Positions 39,387 to 48,993 of a stretch of 64,000 nucleotides of DNA are shown one piece after another; positions within the stretch are counted from its first letter, which is position 1, and every line of letters starts with the position of its first letter. The notes below the pieces were generated by a model. That model did not search any database and was not told where the DNA came from. It saw only the letters and a program-made list of their open reading frames with translations. The DNA lies in the NCBI GenBank assembly GCA_044867785.1, contig JBIOVM010000195.1, positions 10,506 through 74,505 of the forward strand, in the 5' to 3' direction. The stretch is from Candidatus Rokuibacteriota bacterium. GTDB taxonomy: Bacteria; Methylomirabilota; Methylomirabilia; Rokubacteriales; DASRDR01. The translations under genes and the position numbers were made by a program.

Positions 39387-40406
39387 ATGATCGGGCCCGT
39401 GGAGTTGACCGTCGTCGGCGCCGGCGCGATCGGCGGGCTAATCGGGGCATACCTCTGGCGGGCCGGGCACGCCGTGCGGCTGGTGGACCGCGAACGCGCC
39501 CACGTGGCGGCGATCCAGGCCGGCGGGCTCGAGGTCGCGGGGCACGCCGAGTTCGTCGCGCGGGTGCCGGCGTCCGAGCCCGAGGCGGTGACGGGGCCGA
39601 TCCACACGCTCATCCTGGCGGTGAAGACTCTCCACACCGCGGAGGCGCTCGCACCGCTCGCCCCCCGCCTGGCTCCTGACGGCTGGGTGATCTCGATGCA
39701 GAACGGCCTGGAGGAGCGGAAGATCGCCGCGCTCGTCGGCGAGGCGCGCACGGCGGCCGCGTTCCTCTCGTTCGGCGGCTACTACGACCGGCCGGGGCGC
39801 GTGATCTACAGCGGTCCGGCCACCCTCCGGGTCGGCGAGCTGGACGGCCGGCTCACCCCCCGGGTCACGGCGCTGGCGCGCGTGCTCTCCGACTTCCATC
39901 CCGCGGAGGCGACGGTGAACATCCGAGGCTGCCGGTGGGGGAAGCTCCTCCTGGGCACGGTGTACTTCGCGACGGCGATGGTGGACGCCGACGTGGTCGA
40001 CATCCTGGACGACGCTCGGGCGCGCCGGGTGCTCTCGGGCCTCGTCGCCGAAGGTCTGGCTGTCGCCGATGCACTGGGGGTGACCGTGGAGCCCGTCGAC
40101 GGCTTCGACCCGCGCAGTCTCCTCGGCGGTGACGGCGAGTCGCCGGCGGCGCGCGCGACGTGGGACGCCCACCGCGCCTACTGGCGGCGGGGCGTCGCCA
40201 GGCGCACCGGCATCTGGCGCGACCTGGCGATCCACCAGCGGCGGACCGAGGCCGAGCCGATCCTCGGCGCGCTCGTCGCCGCGGCGGAGCAAGCCGGCTG
40301 CCCCGTGCCCCGCGTGCGGGCGATGCTGGCGCGATACGCGGAGCTCGAGGCAGGCGCGCCGCGCGATTGGACGAATCTGCTGGCGCTCGACCGCGCCGGC
40401 GGCTAG
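39387..40406 (+). CDS. 2-dehydropantoate 2-reductase family (ApbA/PanE)
   Basis: Rossmann VVGAGAIGG N-terminus and a ketopantoate-reductase C-terminal domain. Confidence 0.7.
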   Translation: MIGPVELTVVGAGAIGGLIGAYLWRAGHAVRLVDRERAHVAAIQAGGLEVAGHAEFVARVPASEPEAVTGPIHTLILAVKTLHTAEALAPLAPRLAPDGWVISMQNGLEERKIAALVGEARTAAAFLSFGGYYDRPGRVIYSGPATLRVGELDGRLTPRVTALARVLSDFHPAEATVNIRGCRWGKLLLGTVYFATAMVDADVVDILDDARARRVLSGLVAEGLAVADALGVTVEPVDGFDPRSLLGGDGESPAARATWDAHRAYWRRGVARRTGIWRDLAIHQRRTEAEPILGALVAAAEQAGCPVPRVRAMLARYAELEAGAPRDWTNLLALDRAGG

Positions 40407-40425
40407 CGAACAGGCAACGGGCGCG

Positions 40426-41247
40426 CTAGCGCGGGGCGGCGCTCCCGGCGGGCTCCGGCTCCAGGCGGCCTGCCGCCGACGCCATGTGGGTCCGCCCGCA
40501 GTGGGCGCCGCCCGTCACGAAGAGCACCTCGCCCGTGATCCACCCGCTCCGCGGGGAGGCGAGAAAGAGCACCGCCTGGGCGATGTCCTCGGGCGCGCCG
40601 GTGCGGCCGAGGGGCGTCGCGGCGAGCATCTCGCGGACGTAGGGGTGGCCGACCGAACCGCCCTTCCGGACAACGGCGTCCATCACGAGTCCGGGTGCCA
40701 CCGCGTTGACGCGGATCCCGTGGGGGCCGAGCTCCGTGGCGAGTACCTCCGTGAACATGTTGATCGCGGCCTTCGAGCCGCAGTAGTGCGCGGCGCCGAC
40801 GCGCGCCGAGGTGGACGCGCCCGACGAGATGTTCACGATCCGGCCGGGGGCGCCCCGGCCGACCATGTCGCGCCCGACCGCCTGGCAGCAGAGCATGGTG
40901 CCTTTCACGTTGACGGCGAACACGCGGTCCCACTCCTCCTCGCTGACCTCGAGGACGGGGCTCAACGGGACGTAGCCCGCGAAGTTGACCAGCACGTCGA
41001 TGGGGCCGAGCCCCCGCCGGCCCTCGGCGAGCGCCGCCTGGACGTCGGCCCGCCGCGTGACGTCCGTCGGCACCGCCACCACGGTCGCGCCCCGGGCGCG
41101 GGCCAGGCGCGCCGTCTCCTCGAGGGCGGGCGCCGCCACGTCGGTGAGGAGGAGCCGCGCGCCCTCGGCGGCGAATGCCAGCGCGCACGGCCGGCCGAGC
41201 CGGCCGCCGGCGCCGGTGAGCATGACCACGTCGTTCGCGAACTCCAT
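40426..41247 (-). CDS. SDR-family oxidoreductase
   Basis: TGAGGRLG cofactor motif, NISS, and the YCGSKAA catalytic motif. Confidence 0.8.
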   Translation of the reverse strand: MEFANDVVMLTGAGGRLGRPCALAFAAEGARLLLTDVAAPALEETARLARARGATVVAVPTDVTRRADVQAALAEGRRGLGPIDVLVNFAGYVPLSPVLEVSEEEWDRVFAVNVKGTMLCCQAVGRDMVGRGAPGRIVNISSGASTSARVGAAHYCGSKAAINMFTEVLATELGPHGIRVNAVAPGLVMDAVVRKGGSVGHPYVREMLAATPLGRTGAPEDIAQAVLFLASPRSGWITGEVLFVTGGAHCGRTHMASAAGRLEPEPAGSAAPR

Positions 41248-41280
41248 GCGGGTTCTCCCCCAAGATGGCGTCACTTGGCA

Positions 41281-42099
41281 TCAGCGGGGCAGGATGCGCC
41301 GGAGGTCCGCCCCGCGGGCGACCACGAGCGCTCCCACCACCAGGGTGAAGGCGAAGAGGATCAGAAGCGCCGACAGCGCCGCGATCGTTGGATCCTGCCA
41401 CTTCTCCATGTAGAGGAACATCTCGATGGGGAGCGTGTTGTTCTCCCCCCTGGTCAGGAAGATCGAGCTCTCGACCTGGTCGAATGACACGAGGAAGGCG
41501 AGCAGCGCGCTCACGACGAGACCTGACCGGATCTGGGGCAGCACGATCCGCCAGACCACGGTCCGCCGGGAGGCCCCGAGGTCCTGGGCCGCCTCCTCCA
41601 GCGTCGGGTCGAGCCCGACCAGGTTCGCGGCCACGATGTTGATCACGAACGGGAGCACCACGATCGTGTGCGCGAGGATCAGGGGGAGGACCCCGCCCTG
41701 GATTCCGAGCCGCGCGAAGAAGATGAACCACCCCACGCCCAGCACGATCTTCGGCATGACGATCGGGGACAGCAGGAAGGCCTGGAGCGCGTCCCGGCCC
41801 GGGAACCGGCCCCGCACCACCGCGAGGGCGGCCGGCACTCCCACGGCGAGCGCGAGCGCCGTCGCGGCGACGCCGATGCCGAGGCTCCGCAGGAAGGCGC
41901 GCCCGAAGGCCGGCTGGTTCAGCAGGTGGGCGTACCAGCGGAGCGACACGCCGGGCGGCGGGAACACCCCGTAGGCCACGCTGGAGAACGAGTAGAGCAC
42001 GACGATGGCGAGCGGCAGGAGGATGAAGCCCACTCCCAGACCGAGCGTCGCGCGCAGGAGCGCGTCCCGCCCGGGGGTCAGGCTTCGACGTCTCAACAC
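41281..42099 (-). CDS. ABC permease (PotC/spermidine-putrescine type)
   Basis: Binding-protein-dependent transport motif EEAAQDLGASRRTVVWRIVLP. Confidence 0.8.
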   Translation of the reverse strand: MLRRRSLTPGRDALLRATLGLGVGFILLPLAIVVLYSFSSVAYGVFPPPGVSLRWYAHLLNQPAFGRAFLRSLGIGVAATALALAVGVPAALAVVRGRFPGRDALQAFLLSPIVMPKIVLGVGWFIFFARLGIQGGVLPLILAHTIVVLPFVINIVAANLVGLDPTLEEAAQDLGASRRTVVWRIVLPQIRSGLVVSALLAFLVSFDQVESSIFLTRGENNTLPIEMFLYMEKWQDPTIAALSALLILFAFTLVVGALVVARGADLRRILPR

Positions 42100-42148
42100 T
42101 TCACCCCTGACCCGTGCACGGTGTGTGAAAGTCCAAGGCTGACCCCGG

Positions 42149-43000
42149 TCACGTCACCGTGGGCAGGCGCCGCAGCACTCGGTTGACGGCCCACACGGAC
42201 AGCATCGACAGCGCGAGCAGCGTGACGCTCGTGACGGCCCCCTCGGGCCAGTTGATCTCGACCGTGCTGTTGTAGACCGTCAGCGGGAGCACCTGGACAC
42301 GACCGCCGCCCAGGAGCTGCGGTGTGACGAACGCGGACAGGGCGAGCGTGAAGCAGATCACGCCGCCGGAGGCCACACCGGGCAGCGTGAGCGGCAGCGT
42401 CACGCGCCAGAAGGTCGCCCACGGGCCGGCGCCCAGGTCCCGGGCCGCCTCCTTGAGCGAGGCGTCGAGCTTCCCCAGCACGCTGTAGATGGGGAAGATC
42501 GCGAACGGCAGCATGATGTGCGTCAGGCTGATGACCACGCCCTGCATGTTGAAGAGGAGGCGCACCGGCTCGTCGACCAGGCCGAGGCGCAGGAGCGTCG
42601 TGTTCACCAGCCCCTGGTTGGCGAGGAGGATCAGCCACCCGTAGGTGCGGACGACCACGCTGATCATGAGGGGACAGAAGAGGACCACGGCGAGGACCGC
42701 CCGGGCGCGGGCGCTCGTCACCCGCGTGTGCAGGGCGTAGGCCAAGGGGTAGCCCACCAGCAGGGCGAGCGCGGTGACGATCCCCGCAAGGAGGAGCGAC
42801 GTGCTCACGATCTTGTAGGAGAAGGGGTCGGTGAGGAACGCCGCGTACGTGTCGAGCGTCCAAACCGGCAGGATGCGGCCGTCCTTGAACCGGTGGAACC
42901 CGTTGACCAGGTACACGCCGAGCGGCACGACGTAGAACCCGGCCGTCAGCACGAGGACGGGCGCGAGCAGGCCGGCGGCCAGCCAGCCGCGCACCCTCAC
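42149..43000 (-). CDS. ABC permease (PotB type)
   Basis: EAARDLGAGPWATFWRVTLP motif and six TM segments. Confidence 0.8.
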   Translation of the reverse strand: MRVRGWLAAGLLAPVLVLTAGFYVVPLGVYLVNGFHRFKDGRILPVWTLDTYAAFLTDPFSYKIVSTSLLLAGIVTALALLVGYPLAYALHTRVTSARARAVLAVVLFCPLMISVVVRTYGWLILLANQGLVNTTLLRLGLVDEPVRLLFNMQGVVISLTHIMLPFAIFPIYSVLGKLDASLKEAARDLGAGPWATFWRVTLPLTLPGVASGGVICFTLALSAFVTPQLLGGGRVQVLPLTVYNSTVEINWPEGAVTSVTLLALSMLSVWAVNRVLRRLPTVT

Positions 43001-44088
43001 GCCGGCACCGTCACCGCCTGGTCCCCGTCCCAGGCCACCGCCACCGGGTCGCCCACCTCGAACAGAGGCGTTCCGTGGACGTAGGGAACCGCCGCGTGGA
43101 GGCGGAGCCCGGGAACGGCGACTCGGTACTTCACGAGGGATCCCGAGAAGGCACGGTCCTCCACGCGGCCGGCCAGGCCATCCCCTCGTCCGTCGGGGCG
43201 CGTGACTCGGACTCGCTCGGGGCGAACGCAGACGGTGAGGCCAGCGCCCACGAGCTCCCGGCCCTGGCGCCTCGCCCGGACGCGGGCGTCCCCGACTCGC
43301 GCGACCAACTGATCGCCGTCGACGGCCTCGACGATCCCCTCCACCAGGTTCGCGTCCCCGATGAAGCCGGCGACGAAGCGCGTGGCGGGCCGCTCGTAGA
43401 TCTCGAGCGGCGTGCCGACCTGCTCGAGCCGCCCGCCCGACATCACGCCCAGGCGGTCCGACATGGCCAGCGCCTCGCCCTGGTCGTGCGTGACGTAGAT
43501 GAAGGTCGTGCCCAGGCTCCGCTGGAGCCGCTTCAGCTCCTCCTGCAGCTGGATGCGGAGCTTCAGGTCGAGGGCGGACAAGGGCTCGTCGAGGAGGAGG
43601 ACGCGCGGCTCGTTGACGAGGGCGCGTGCCAGGGCGACCCGCTGCTGCTGGCCGCCGGACAGCTCACCGATGCGTCGAGCCCCGAGCGCGCCCAGCTCCA
43701 CGCGTGCGAGCGCGTCGGCGACGCGGCGCGCCACCTCTGGCGCGGCGAGGCGCCGCATCCGGAGCCCGAAGGCCACGTTGTCGAACACCGTGTAGTGGGG
43801 GAACAGGGCCAGCCGCTGGAAGACCATGTTGGTCTCGCGGCGATTGGGCGGGAGCCGGCCCATAGATCGGCCCCCGATCAGAATGTCGCCCTCGTCGACG
43901 GCCTCGAAGCCGCCGATCGCCCGGAGGGTCGTGGTCTTGCCGCAACCGGAGGGGCCGAGGAGCGAGAAGAACTCCCCGGCCCGCACCGTGAACGACACCG
44001 CCTCGACGGCGACGACCGTCCCGAAGCGCTTGGTGATCGTCCGGACGTCGACGTCCGCCCCGTGCGCCCCCTGCCCCCCAAGCGCCAT
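42997..44088 (-). CDS. ABC ATPase (PotA type) with C-terminal TOBE/MOP domain
   Basis: Walker A GPSGCGKTT, signature LSGGQQQRVALARAL, Walker B LLLDEP. ATG 44088. The upstream 250 aa of the tracked ORF is an artefact. Confidence 0.85.
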   Translation of the reverse strand: MALGGQGAHGADVDVRTITKRFGTVVAVEAVSFTVRAGEFFSLLGPSGCGKTTTLRAIGGFEAVDEGDILIGGRSMGRLPPNRRETNMVFQRLALFPHYTVFDNVAFGLRMRRLAAPEVARRVADALARVELGALGARRIGELSGGQQQRVALARALVNEPRVLLLDEPLSALDLKLRIQLQEELKRLQRSLGTTFIYVTHDQGEALAMSDRLGVMSGGRLEQVGTPLEIYERPATRFVAGFIGDANLVEGIVEAVDGDQLVARVGDARVRARRQGRELVGAGLTVCVRPERVRVTRPDGRGDGLAGRVEDRAFSGSLVKYRVAVPGLRLHAAVPYVHGTPLFEVGDPVAVAWDGDQAVTVPA

Positions 44089-44105
44089 GTCGGCGCGGGC
44101 GCGCC

Positions 44106-45182
44106 CTACATCCGGGACTTGACCTCCTTCTCCCACCGGGAGCGCCACTCGCTGGCCTTCTGGCCCATCACGGCCCAGTCGAGCCAGATGGCGCTCTCGA
44201 TCACCTTCGGGTTGAACGCCGGATCCATGTGCTGGGCCAGCGTCGCGGTCGGGAACGCGGGGATCTTGTTCGTGAGCTGGGCGTCTCGCGAGTTGTTCTC
44301 CGGCGTCATCAGCTCGCTGATGATCTCCTCGGCGACCTTGATCTGCTCCGGTGTGCTGCCCTTGACGATCTGGAGGTAGAGCGGGAAGGCGATCGCGCCC
44401 TCCTTGGGGTTCACGAAGCCGAGCGGCGCGCCCTCGTCCGCCCAGAACTTCCAGATGCCTGCGAACCACGGCGCGATCTGTGCCTCGCCGGTCACGAGGA
44501 TGTTCTTGAGGGCGTCGTTCGTGGTCGGCAGCGCCCGGATGTTCCGAGCGTGCTCGGTCCACAGGCGGAAGCCGGGGTCGACGCTCTGCTCGCTGCCGCC
44601 GTTGAGCCGGGCCGCCAGCACGAGCGGAACGAAGTTGTTGTCGAAGAACGTCACCTTGCCCTGCCACTTCGGGTCCCAAAGCGCGGTCCACGAGGTGGGC
44701 GGGTCCTTGACGAGGTTCTTGTTGTACATGAGCCCGACGTGGCTGACCGAGAAGCCGAGCCCTCGGTTCCCTGGCCGGCGGAGGCCGGGGGGAAGCTTCG
44801 CCACCGCCGGAATGCGGGCGGGATCCATCGGGACCCACATGTCGTCGGTGTCACCCCGGTTCGAGAGATCCACGTTGAAGTACCCGAAGTTGACCAGCGG
44901 CGCATTGGGGTTCGCCTGCTTCGCCGCCAGCATCTTCGGGTAGGTCGCCGCGTTCGTCGACTCCCAGAACTCGATCTCGACGTCCGGGTGCGTCTTGAGG
45001 TAGCGCGCGACCACCTCGCGGGGGACGACGCCCTGGTTGGCGCCGGCCCAGATGAACATGGTCAGCTTCACCTTCGCCGCCGCCGGGGCCGGTCGCGAGG
45101 CGACAAGGCCCGCCGCGAGGGTGGCAGCGAGGGCGAGCGCGAGAACGAGCCACAGACGGGTCGAGGGACGTCCCACTCTCAT
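44106..45182 (-). CDS. periplasmic substrate-binding protein (PotD/polyamine type)
   Basis: Signal peptide and SBP_bac_1/8-type composition. ATG 45182 with a GGGAGGA RBS. Confidence 0.75.
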   Translation of the reverse strand: MRVGRPSTRLWLVLALALAATLAAGLVASRPAPAAAKVKLTMFIWAGANQGVVPREVVARYLKTHPDVEIEFWESTNAATYPKMLAAKQANPNAPLVNFGYFNVDLSNRGDTDDMWVPMDPARIPAVAKLPPGLRRPGNRGLGFSVSHVGLMYNKNLVKDPPTSWTALWDPKWQGKVTFFDNNFVPLVLAARLNGGSEQSVDPGFRLWTEHARNIRALPTTNDALKNILVTGEAQIAPWFAGIWKFWADEGAPLGFVNPKEGAIAFPLYLQIVKGSTPEQIKVAEEIISELMTPENNSRDAQLTNKIPAFPTATLAQHMDPAFNPKVIESAIWLDWAVMGQKASEWRSRWEKEVKSRM

Positions 45183-45332
45183 CGAGGTCCTCCCGCCGGA
45201 TCGGACCGGCACGTGACGCACGGACTGGCGGACGGGAACGCCGGCATCGTATCGCCGGCGCCCGGATGGGTCAAAGGGCCGGGCCGCGGGCCGGCGCCTG
45301 GATCGCATCGAAGCGCGGCGGGGAGCATCTCG

Positions 45333-46313
45333 TCATTCAATCGCCCGATCCACTTGCACGAGGAGCGACGGCGGGATCGTGAGGCGGAGGGCCTTTGCCG
45401 TCTTGACGTTGATGACCAACTCGAACTTGGTGGGCTGCTCGATGGGCAGGTCGGCGGGCTTGGCGCCTTTCAGGATCCGGTCCACGAAGTACGCAGCGCG
45501 CCGGTAATTGTCGCGAGCGCTCGCAGAGTACGACATCAGCCCTCCTGCTTCGACATGTTCAACGTTCGAAAACATCGATGGGAGTTGGATCTTGAGCAGT
45601 AGATGAGCGAGCCGTGCACGAGCGAGGAAGAACATCCCGTCGCCGAAGACTAACACCGCTCCGATGCGTTTGCGGCTGAGGGCCTCGAGGGCGCCTTCAA
45701 ACCGATCCGGCGCGCTTGCTTCTGCGATCTCGAGCTCGAGACCGAGCGCGGGCGCTTCACGCCGGGCTCGGCTCAGCATGTGCGCATGCAACGGATTGTC
45801 GGGGTTCGAGAGGACGCCAATACGCGCGGTCCCCGGAACGGCACGTTTCAGGAGCTCCAACTCCTTGCCGATCAGTTCCGGGAGAAGACGTGACAGACCC
45901 GTCACATTACCGCCCGGTCGGGCGAGGGTGACGACGAACCCACTCGCGACAGGATCAGCGGCATTGGCCATGACGATTGGGATCGTCGTGGTGGCGCGCT
46001 TGGCTGCCAGGATGACGGGCGTTATTGAGGCGACAAGGAGGTCAACCCTGAGGCGAACCAATTCGGCGGCCAGGACGTCGAGCTGTCGTGGGTCCGTGGA
46101 CAGCACATCGGTCCAGCGATATTCGACCATGATGTTCTGCCCCTCGGTGTACCCGAGATCTCGGAGTCCTTCCTGAAAGGCCTCGACGAGCTGGCCTCCC
46201 GGGCCCAGATAGCCGATCCGCGCTACTCTGCCGGCCGGCTGTGCCTTCGCGACTGGGTATCCACCCAGAGGAGCGGCCAGCGTGACGGCGAGAAACGCTC
46301 GACGAGTGATCAT
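45333..46313 (-). CDS. ABC-transporter substrate-binding protein, PF04392-like (orphan)
   Basis: Signal peptide and RIGYLGPG...GNVTG pattern of the ABC_sub_bind family. No cognate permease or ATPase adjacent. Confidence 0.65.
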   Translation of the reverse strand: MITRRAFLAVTLAAPLGGYPVAKAQPAGRVARIGYLGPGGQLVEAFQEGLRDLGYTEGQNIMVEYRWTDVLSTDPRQLDVLAAELVRLRVDLLVASITPVILAAKRATTTIPIVMANAADPVASGFVVTLARPGGNVTGLSRLLPELIGKELELLKRAVPGTARIGVLSNPDNPLHAHMLSRARREAPALGLELEIAEASAPDRFEGALEALSRKRIGAVLVFGDGMFFLARARLAHLLLKIQLPSMFSNVEHVEAGGLMSYSASARDNYRRAAYFVDRILKGAKPADLPIEQPTKFELVINVKTAKALRLTIPPSLLVQVDRAIE

Positions 46314-46722
46314 CCCGTCGCCTGAAACGCGGCGAACCCGCGACGGCCGCTGTAATGACGGTCTGATGGCCGCCCCCCCATCACGCGCCGACCCTTAGCC
46401 ATGCGCGGCGAACACTCACCAGCCGGGAGACGAGCAACGCGAGCCTCCGGTCCGTTGAACCGCTTCAGTTCTCGGGCGGCTGCCTCCCAGGGCCGTGCTG
46501 CGAACTCTCACAGGCATCGTTGGGGGAAATCTCACGCAGGCTGACCCCACCTCGGCTCGTCGGCAGCCGTCGGCCTTTCGCTCGGGCTCACGTAGGATAG
46601 CCGAGCCGTCCGGACCCCCACAACGGGCGGGCGCGACACGGGTCGGTCGCCCGATCAGCTGGTGGCGCCGGTGGCCGGATGTGGGTCGGACCTGGCGCTG
46701 GCGGGCACGACGCGGGTCGCAC

Positions 46723-47646
46723 TCATGGCTCGGCTCGGCGGACGAGCTCGATCGCCGGCGCGAAGCGCTCGACGCCGGTCGCGTCGCGGGGATCGAGCAT
46801 GCACACGACGTGGCCGACGCCGGCCGCGCGGAACCCGAGGAGCCCGGCAGCGATCTCCTCCGGCGTGCCGCCGAGCGCGCCCATCGGGAGCGGCGGGCGG
46901 GGCGCGTGCCCGGGCCGCACGATGACGCCGACCGTGCGGCCGAGCGTCGCCGGCGCGCGGCCGACGTCCGCGCAGGCGGCATCGACGCGCGCGAGTGGCT
47001 CGGCCGCCGCCCCTGCATCCGGGTGCCACGCGGTGACGAAGGCGTCGCCCCACCGCGCGGCGAGACGCATCATGCGCGGCTGGTACGCGGCGATCCAGAT
47101 CGGCGGTCCCGCGGGCCGCGGCCCGCGCGGGAGGAGCTCGCACGCCCGCGCCACGTGGTAGCGCCCGGTAAAGTCGACGCGGCCCTCGCGGAGGAGCGGG
47201 ACGAGGATCTGCAAGGCCTCCTCGCAGCGGTCCACGCGGTGGTCGTAGGCGTAGCCGAAGGCCGCGTACTCGGGCGGATGAGAGCCGCAGCCCAGGCCGA
47301 GGATCAGCCGGCCGCCGCTCACCTCGTCGGCGGTGGCCGCCATCTTCGCCAGCAGCGCCGGGTTGCGGAACCCGGCGCCGAGGACGAAAGTGCCGATCGC
47401 GACCCGGCGGGTCGCGGCCGCCAGGGCGCCGACGAGCGTCCACGCCTCCCACGTCCCCCGGGTCTCGCCCTCGGGAACGCCCCAGTACGGGGAGTGGCCG
47501 ATGACGAGGTGGTCGGGGACGAACAGGGCGTCGAATCCGACCGACTCGGCGAGGGCGGCGATCCGCGAGATCTCCGGCCAGCGCGGCGACCAGCCGTCGC
47601 CCAGCCAGCCTTCCATGACGGGCAGGAACAGCCCCAGCTCGAGCAT
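46723..47646 (-). CDS. LLM-class (luciferase-like) flavin/F420-dependent oxidoreductase
   Basis: MLELGLFLP...GFDALFVPDH TIM-barrel start typical of LLM enzymes. It is only the C-terminal 307 codons of the 1783-aa ORF in the track. Confidence 0.7.
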   Translation of the reverse strand: MLELGLFLPVMEGWLGDGWSPRWPEISRIAALAESVGFDALFVPDHLVIGHSPYWGVPEGETRGTWEAWTLVGALAAATRRVAIGTFVLGAGFRNPALLAKMAATADEVSGGRLILGLGCGSHPPEYAAFGYAYDHRVDRCEEALQILVPLLREGRVDFTGRYHVARACELLPRGPRPAGPPIWIAAYQPRMMRLAARWGDAFVTAWHPDAGAAAEPLARVDAACADVGRAPATLGRTVGVIVRPGHAPRPPLPMGALGGTPEEIAAGLLGFRAAGVGHVVCMLDPRDATGVERFAPAIELVRRAEP

Positions 47647-47754
47647 GCGTGCCGCTCCGGTCGAACGGGTTTCTCTCATCCTAGTCGTCACGGCGTAGCG
47701 CGGCCAGTGGCCTTGCCTGACCCCCGAGCCGCGGACTAGTATGCGCGTGGGCAC

Positions 47755-48906
47755 GTGCCCGGCATGGACTCGCAGAGACTCGATCGGTTGCGCGCGCGGA
47801 TTCGCGAGGCGGATCTGGCCGCGGTGGTGCTCGTGCACCCGCCCAACCTGCGTTACCTGGTCGGCTTTCACTCGAACGCGTACTCCCGCCCGCTGACGCT
47901 CGTCGTCCCCGCCGACGGCAACCCGACGCTGCTGGTGCCCCGGCTGGAGGAGCTCCAGGCGCGGGAGATGACGCGGCTGGCCGACCTCCGCAGCTACGTC
48001 GAGTGGGACGAGGGCTCGGCGGCCGGCGGGCGGCTCGACGCCGAGTGGCGCGCGCTCCTGGTCGACGTGCTCGCGGACCGCGGGCTGGCCGCCGCCCGCC
48101 TCGGGATCGAGCGCGCCGTCCTCATGGGTGGCGCGGAGCACGGCCTCCACGCGGCGCTGCCGAGGGTCACCTGGTCGGACGCCAGCGGCTGGGTGGAGAG
48201 CCTGCGCCTCTTCAAGAGCCCCGACGAGGTCGAGCACCACCGCCGGGCCGGCCAGCTGGCCGCCGCCGGGCTGGACGCGGGCCTCGCCGTGGCTCGGGCC
48301 GGGGGCTCCGAGCTCGAGATCAAGGGCGCGAGCGTGGCAGCCGTGTTCACGGAGGGCGGGCGCCGCTGCCCCGACCTCGCGGTGGCGGGAGCGGGGAACG
48401 CTCTGGTGGGGGAGCGGATCGCCGCCGTGCACGCGCCGGCGGGAGCGCGGCGGGCCAAGCCCGGCGACCACGTGTTCGTCGTGCTGTCGGCGTCCGTGGA
48501 AGGGGCTCACTGCGAGCTGTCGCGCACGATCGTCGTCGGCGGCGCGCCCACCGAGACGCAGCGCCGCTGGTTCCGCTCCGTCGCGCGCGCCCACGAGGCG
48601 GCGCGGCGCCGGGCGGTGCCGGGGACCCCGGCGAGCGATCTCGACCGGGCGGCGCGCGGCGCGCTGCGGGAGGATGGGCTGGCCGAGTACCTGTCGATGC
48701 GGACGGGGCACGGGCTCGGCCTCGCGCCCGTGGAGCCGCCCAATCTGGGCGCCGGCGACGAGACGCCGCTCCGGCCGGGGATGGTGATCAGCATCGAGCC
48801 CGGCGTCTGCATCCCAGGCGCCGGCGGCGCGCTGTGGGCGGACAACTACGTCGTCACGCCGACGGGCGTGGAGCCGCTGACCGCGTATCCCATCGAGGTG
48901 GCGTAG
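47755..48906 (+). CDS. M24-family metallopeptidase (Xaa-Pro aminopeptidase/creatinase-like)
   Basis: Creatinase_N-like N-terminus and pita-bread fold residues (GDHVFVVLSA, HGLGL, ISIEPG). Confidence 0.8.
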   Translation: MPGMDSQRLDRLRARIREADLAAVVLVHPPNLRYLVGFHSNAYSRPLTLVVPADGNPTLLVPRLEELQAREMTRLADLRSYVEWDEGSAAGGRLDAEWRALLVDVLADRGLAAARLGIERAVLMGGAEHGLHAALPRVTWSDASGWVESLRLFKSPDEVEHHRRAGQLAAAGLDAGLAVARAGGSELEIKGASVAAVFTEGGRRCPDLAVAGAGNALVGERIAAVHAPAGARRAKPGDHVFVVLSASVEGAHCELSRTIVVGGAPTETQRRWFRSVARAHEAARRRAVPGTPASDLDRAARGALREDGLAEYLSMRTGHGLGLAPVEPPNLGAGDETPLRPGMVISIEPGVCIPGAGGALWADNYVVTPTGVEPLTAYPIEVA

Positions 48907-48993
48907 GGCCCGCGGCACGACCCGATCCACGGGCGGCGACGGGTGCGACGCCCGGCGGGGCGAGGCGAGACGCAGATGACGAGGGAGACGACG

